DNA of 62,729 nucleotides, counting the filler, from Nitrospinota bacterium (lineage in GTDB: Bacteria; JAUXIQ01): assembly GCA_030620925.1 (NCBI GenBank). It is 10 parts of 10 records of this genome, joined end to end, with 100 filler letters (N's around TTAATTAATTAA, not from the genome) between each part and the next. Parts side by side here need not be neighbours in the genome. Positions count along the whole stretch, not along the records: positions 57,396 to 62,729 come from JAUXIQ010000167.1; 9 more parts are not named here. One strand, written 5' to 3'. Shown piece after piece: positions 60,563-62,729 of this stretch. The stretch's first letter is position 1. Each line of letters starts with the position of its first letter. The notes below the pieces were generated by a model. The model did not search any database. It had not been told where the DNA came from and worked only from the letters and a program-made list of their open reading frames with translations. A program made the translations under genes and the position numbers.

Positions 60563-61114
60563 ATGAATGATAGCAACGCCTTAATAGAGCAGAGCATAAC
60601 TTTCCACGGACACCTCTGCCCCGGCCTCAGCCTGGGCATAAAGATGGCCATGCGGGCCATGGAGCTTCTGGGCGTGGAGAGGGCCAGGGATGAGGAGCTT
60701 CTGGCCGTGGTCGAGATGGATAATTGCGCCGTGGACGGCATCCAGTATATCACTGGCTGCACCTTCGGCAAGGGCAACCTGTTCTTCAGGGATTACGGCA
60801 AGGTGGCGGCCACCTTTTCCCATCGGGGAAAGAACGCCGCGGTGCGCCTCTGCTTCAAGCCGGGTGCCACCGACACAGAAGAGATAAACAGGGTGCGGGA
60901 TGAGCCCGGGGGCAAGGAGGAGGTGGCGAAGATCATGTTGAATATGTCGGCGGGGGAGCTGTTCGTCGAAAAGGACGTGCCTCCTCCGGAAATCCCCACC
61001 GCGCAGATTCACAGCTCCATAGTCTGCACCTCTTGCGGGGAGGCGGTAATGGAGACCAGGATAGTGGAAATGGGGGGGAACCCTCATTGCATCCCTTGCT
61101 CGGAAAAGGCTTGA
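60563..61114 (+). CDS. FmdE/FwdE family protein with C-terminal zinc finger
   Basis: FHGHLCPG, C..DG.Q..TGCTFGKGN, then CxxCGE...CxxC. Confidence 0.9.
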   Translation: MNDSNALIEQSITFHGHLCPGLSLGIKMAMRAMELLGVERARDEELLAVVEMDNCAVDGIQYITGCTFGKGNLFFRDYGKVAATFSHRGKNAAVRLCFKPGATDTEEINRVRDEPGGKEEVAKIMLNMSAGELFVEKDVPPPEIPTAQIHSSIVCTSCGEAVMETRIVEMGGNPHCIPCSEKA

Positions 61115-61177
61115 TGATGATGGGAGGCGCAGTACAGCTGATTTTAACCGGCAGGAAAGGTAAGCGTGGAGGAGGAT

Positions 61178-62290
61178 ATGACACAGCTCTTTGAACCGGG
61201 GACCATCAACGGCATGACCGTCCCCAACCGTTTTATGAGGTCTGCCACCGCTGAGCGCATGGCTGACGAGAAAGGGCACTACAGCGAGCTGCATTTCAAA
61301 CATTACAGGGAGCTCAGCGAGGGCGAGGTGGGCCTGGTGGTTACCGGCCACGGGTACGTTCAGCAGGGCGGTATGGCGGGCGCAGGCCAAATCTGTATGG
61401 CCGATGATACAGTCATCCCCGGATACCAAAAACTAACCGAAATGGTCCATGGATACGATACCAGGATCGTTATGCAGTTAAACCACGCGGGGAGGCTGGC
61501 GCCCCCCGAGTTCAACCCGGGCATGGAGGTCATCGCGCCGTCGCCGCTCGCCAATGCCTTGAACGGTATCACCCCAAAGGAAATGAACGCTGATGAGATA
61601 GAGCAGCTCATAGAGTCTTACGGCCGTGCCGCCGGGCGGGTAAAGGAATGCGGTTTCGACGGCGTGCAGATTCACGCCGCCCACGGCTACATGGTCAACC
61701 AGTGGCTCTCCCCCTATTCCAACCGTCGAAACGATGATTGGGGAGGGGATCAGGAGCGGCGGACGCGCTTCGCCGTCGAGGTGCTGCGGAGCATGAGGGC
61801 GAACGTGGGCCCTGATTATCCGGTAATGATAAAGATGAACTGCGCGGATTTTTACGAAGGGGGGCTCACTACTACTGAGACCCGCTACATTGCCGAGAGG
61901 CTCTGCGAAGAGGGCATCGACGCCATAGAGATCAGCGGGGGCATTTACGAGGTCTTCGAGAGGATAATACGGCCGGGTCTCTACCCGCCAGAGGAGGAGC
62001 CTTACTACCTCCCCTACGCTGAAGAGATAAGGGACGCCGTCAGTGTGCCGTTTATGTTGGTGGGGGGCATGCGCACGCCGTTGGTCATGGAGGAGATACT
62101 GGCCGAGGGAATAGCGGATTACATCTCCCTGTGCCGACCCCTCATAAGGGAGCCGGACCTCGTCAAGCAGATCAGGGAGGGGCGAACCACCGCCGCCGAT
62201 TGCATCTCCTGCAACCTGTGCCTCATCGCCAGGAAAAAACCTCTTGTCAAGCAAACCCATCCGTTGGTCTGCGAGCAGGTGGAAAACTGA
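61178..62290 (+). CDS. NADH:flavin oxidoreductase (Old Yellow Enzyme family)
   Basis: PNRF.RSAT, QLNHAG, GFDGVQIHAAHGY, N.R.D.WGG, RPLIREP and CISCN.C motifs. Confidence 0.92.
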   Translation: MTQLFEPGTINGMTVPNRFMRSATAERMADEKGHYSELHFKHYRELSEGEVGLVVTGHGYVQQGGMAGAGQICMADDTVIPGYQKLTEMVHGYDTRIVMQLNHAGRLAPPEFNPGMEVIAPSPLANALNGITPKEMNADEIEQLIESYGRAAGRVKECGFDGVQIHAAHGYMVNQWLSPYSNRRNDDWGGDQERRTRFAVEVLRSMRANVGPDYPVMIKMNCADFYEGGLTTTETRYIAERLCEEGIDAIEISGGIYEVFERIIRPGLYPPEEEPYYLPYAEEIRDAVSVPFMLVGGMRTPLVMEEILAEGIADYISLCRPLIREPDLVKQIREGRTTAADCISCNLCLIARKKPLVKQTHPLVCEQVEN

Positions 62291-62304
62291 GCGGGGCGAA
62301 ACAG

Positions 62305-62327
62305 GAAGGGCCTCATCGAGGCCCTTC
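62305..62327. terminator. Hairpin between convergent genes
   Basis: GAAGGGCCTC-ATC-GAGGCCCTTC. Confidence 0.5.
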
Positions 62328-62390
62328 AATAATCTGGCAGGTGAGGGTGAGGTTCAGGAAGCCCTATGAATCGGCTAGCTTTTTTTTCAA

Positions 62391-62729
62391 CTAGTGGCTC
62401 CCTTCGAAGGTGTAATCGTAGTCCAGGTCGGCCCTGATATCTTCCGCGTCGATCCCTCTTTCCTGGAAGTAGCTCTTCCCCGCGGTTTCTGTCCTCTGGA
62501 GGGAATTATCGGGTATGACCTTGGTTACCCACAAATCCCTCATGAGCATGAGCCTGTTGAAGTGCTGCTCGCAGTAGCCCCTCATGTATCTTTCTTCAGT
62601 GCAGTTCAAGACTCTGCATATAGGCCTTTTCTTCAGGGCTATTCCATCGGCGTTCAGCGTTCCCCTGCGCCACCTTTTATAATGTTTGCTGCAAAAACCC
62701 ACTGCTTCATGTTTACTCTCGCAGCCGGC
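62391..62729 (-). CDS. Hypothetical protein with repeated Cys/His zinc-finger-like motifs (5' truncated)
   Basis: GCESKHEAVGFCSKHY and CRVLNCTEERYMRGYCEQHF repeats. Confidence 0.7.
   Translation of the reverse strand, partial: AGCESKHEAVGFCSKHYKRWRRGTLNADGIALKKRPICRVLNCTEERYMRGYCEQHFNRLMLMRDLWVTKVIPDNSLQRTETAGKSYFQERGIDAEDIRADLDYDYTFEGSH

Noticed and set aside
60563-61114. FmdE as evidence of methanogenesis or formylmethanofuran dehydrogenase
   Set aside because: No other fmd/fwd subunits nearby; the family is widespread as a stand-alone protein.
61112-61120. TGA TGA TGA after fmdE as Sec read-through
   Set aside because: The protein is complete at the first stop and no conserved sequence follows.

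Overview
The window is not one locus. It is ten contig fragments joined by artificial N-TTAATTAATTAA-N linkers (1-5407, 5508-9338, 9439-24476, 24577-27342, 27443-33644, 33745-36306, 36407-44411, 44512-47172, 47273-57295, 57396-62729), so gene neighbourhoods are only valid within a fragment. The source looks like a diderm bacterium (Tol-Pal, type IV pilus genes), plausibly of the deltaproteobacteria/Nitrospinota type (inference only). Housekeeping genes include purE, tsaC, tolQRAB-pal, pgk, alaS, radA-carD-ispDF-cysS-rlmB, glpK and three tRNAs. The notable contents are: (1) a two-gene operon in which both genes have an in-frame UGA at the catalytic position, i.e. a predicted selenocysteine peroxiredoxin plus an orphan PrdB/GrdB-like UxxC selenoprotein, both split by the ORF track; (2) mercury-methylation genes hgcA and hgcB separated by an inserted secreted-protein gene; (3) a heme-copper oxidase operon whose active-site Tyr is replaced by Gln (eNOR-type NO reductase), behind a perfect FNR/Dnr-type palindrome; (4) an arc-dop-pup-prcB Pup-proteasome operon in a non-actinobacterial context; (5) a frameshifted RelE toxin with an unusual fused antitoxin; (6) a highly divergent B12 mutase, a thiolase/HMG-CoA-synthase-like-DUF35 pair and a GntR catabolic cluster with a duplication scar. 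All calls come from reading motifs by eye; no database searches were run.
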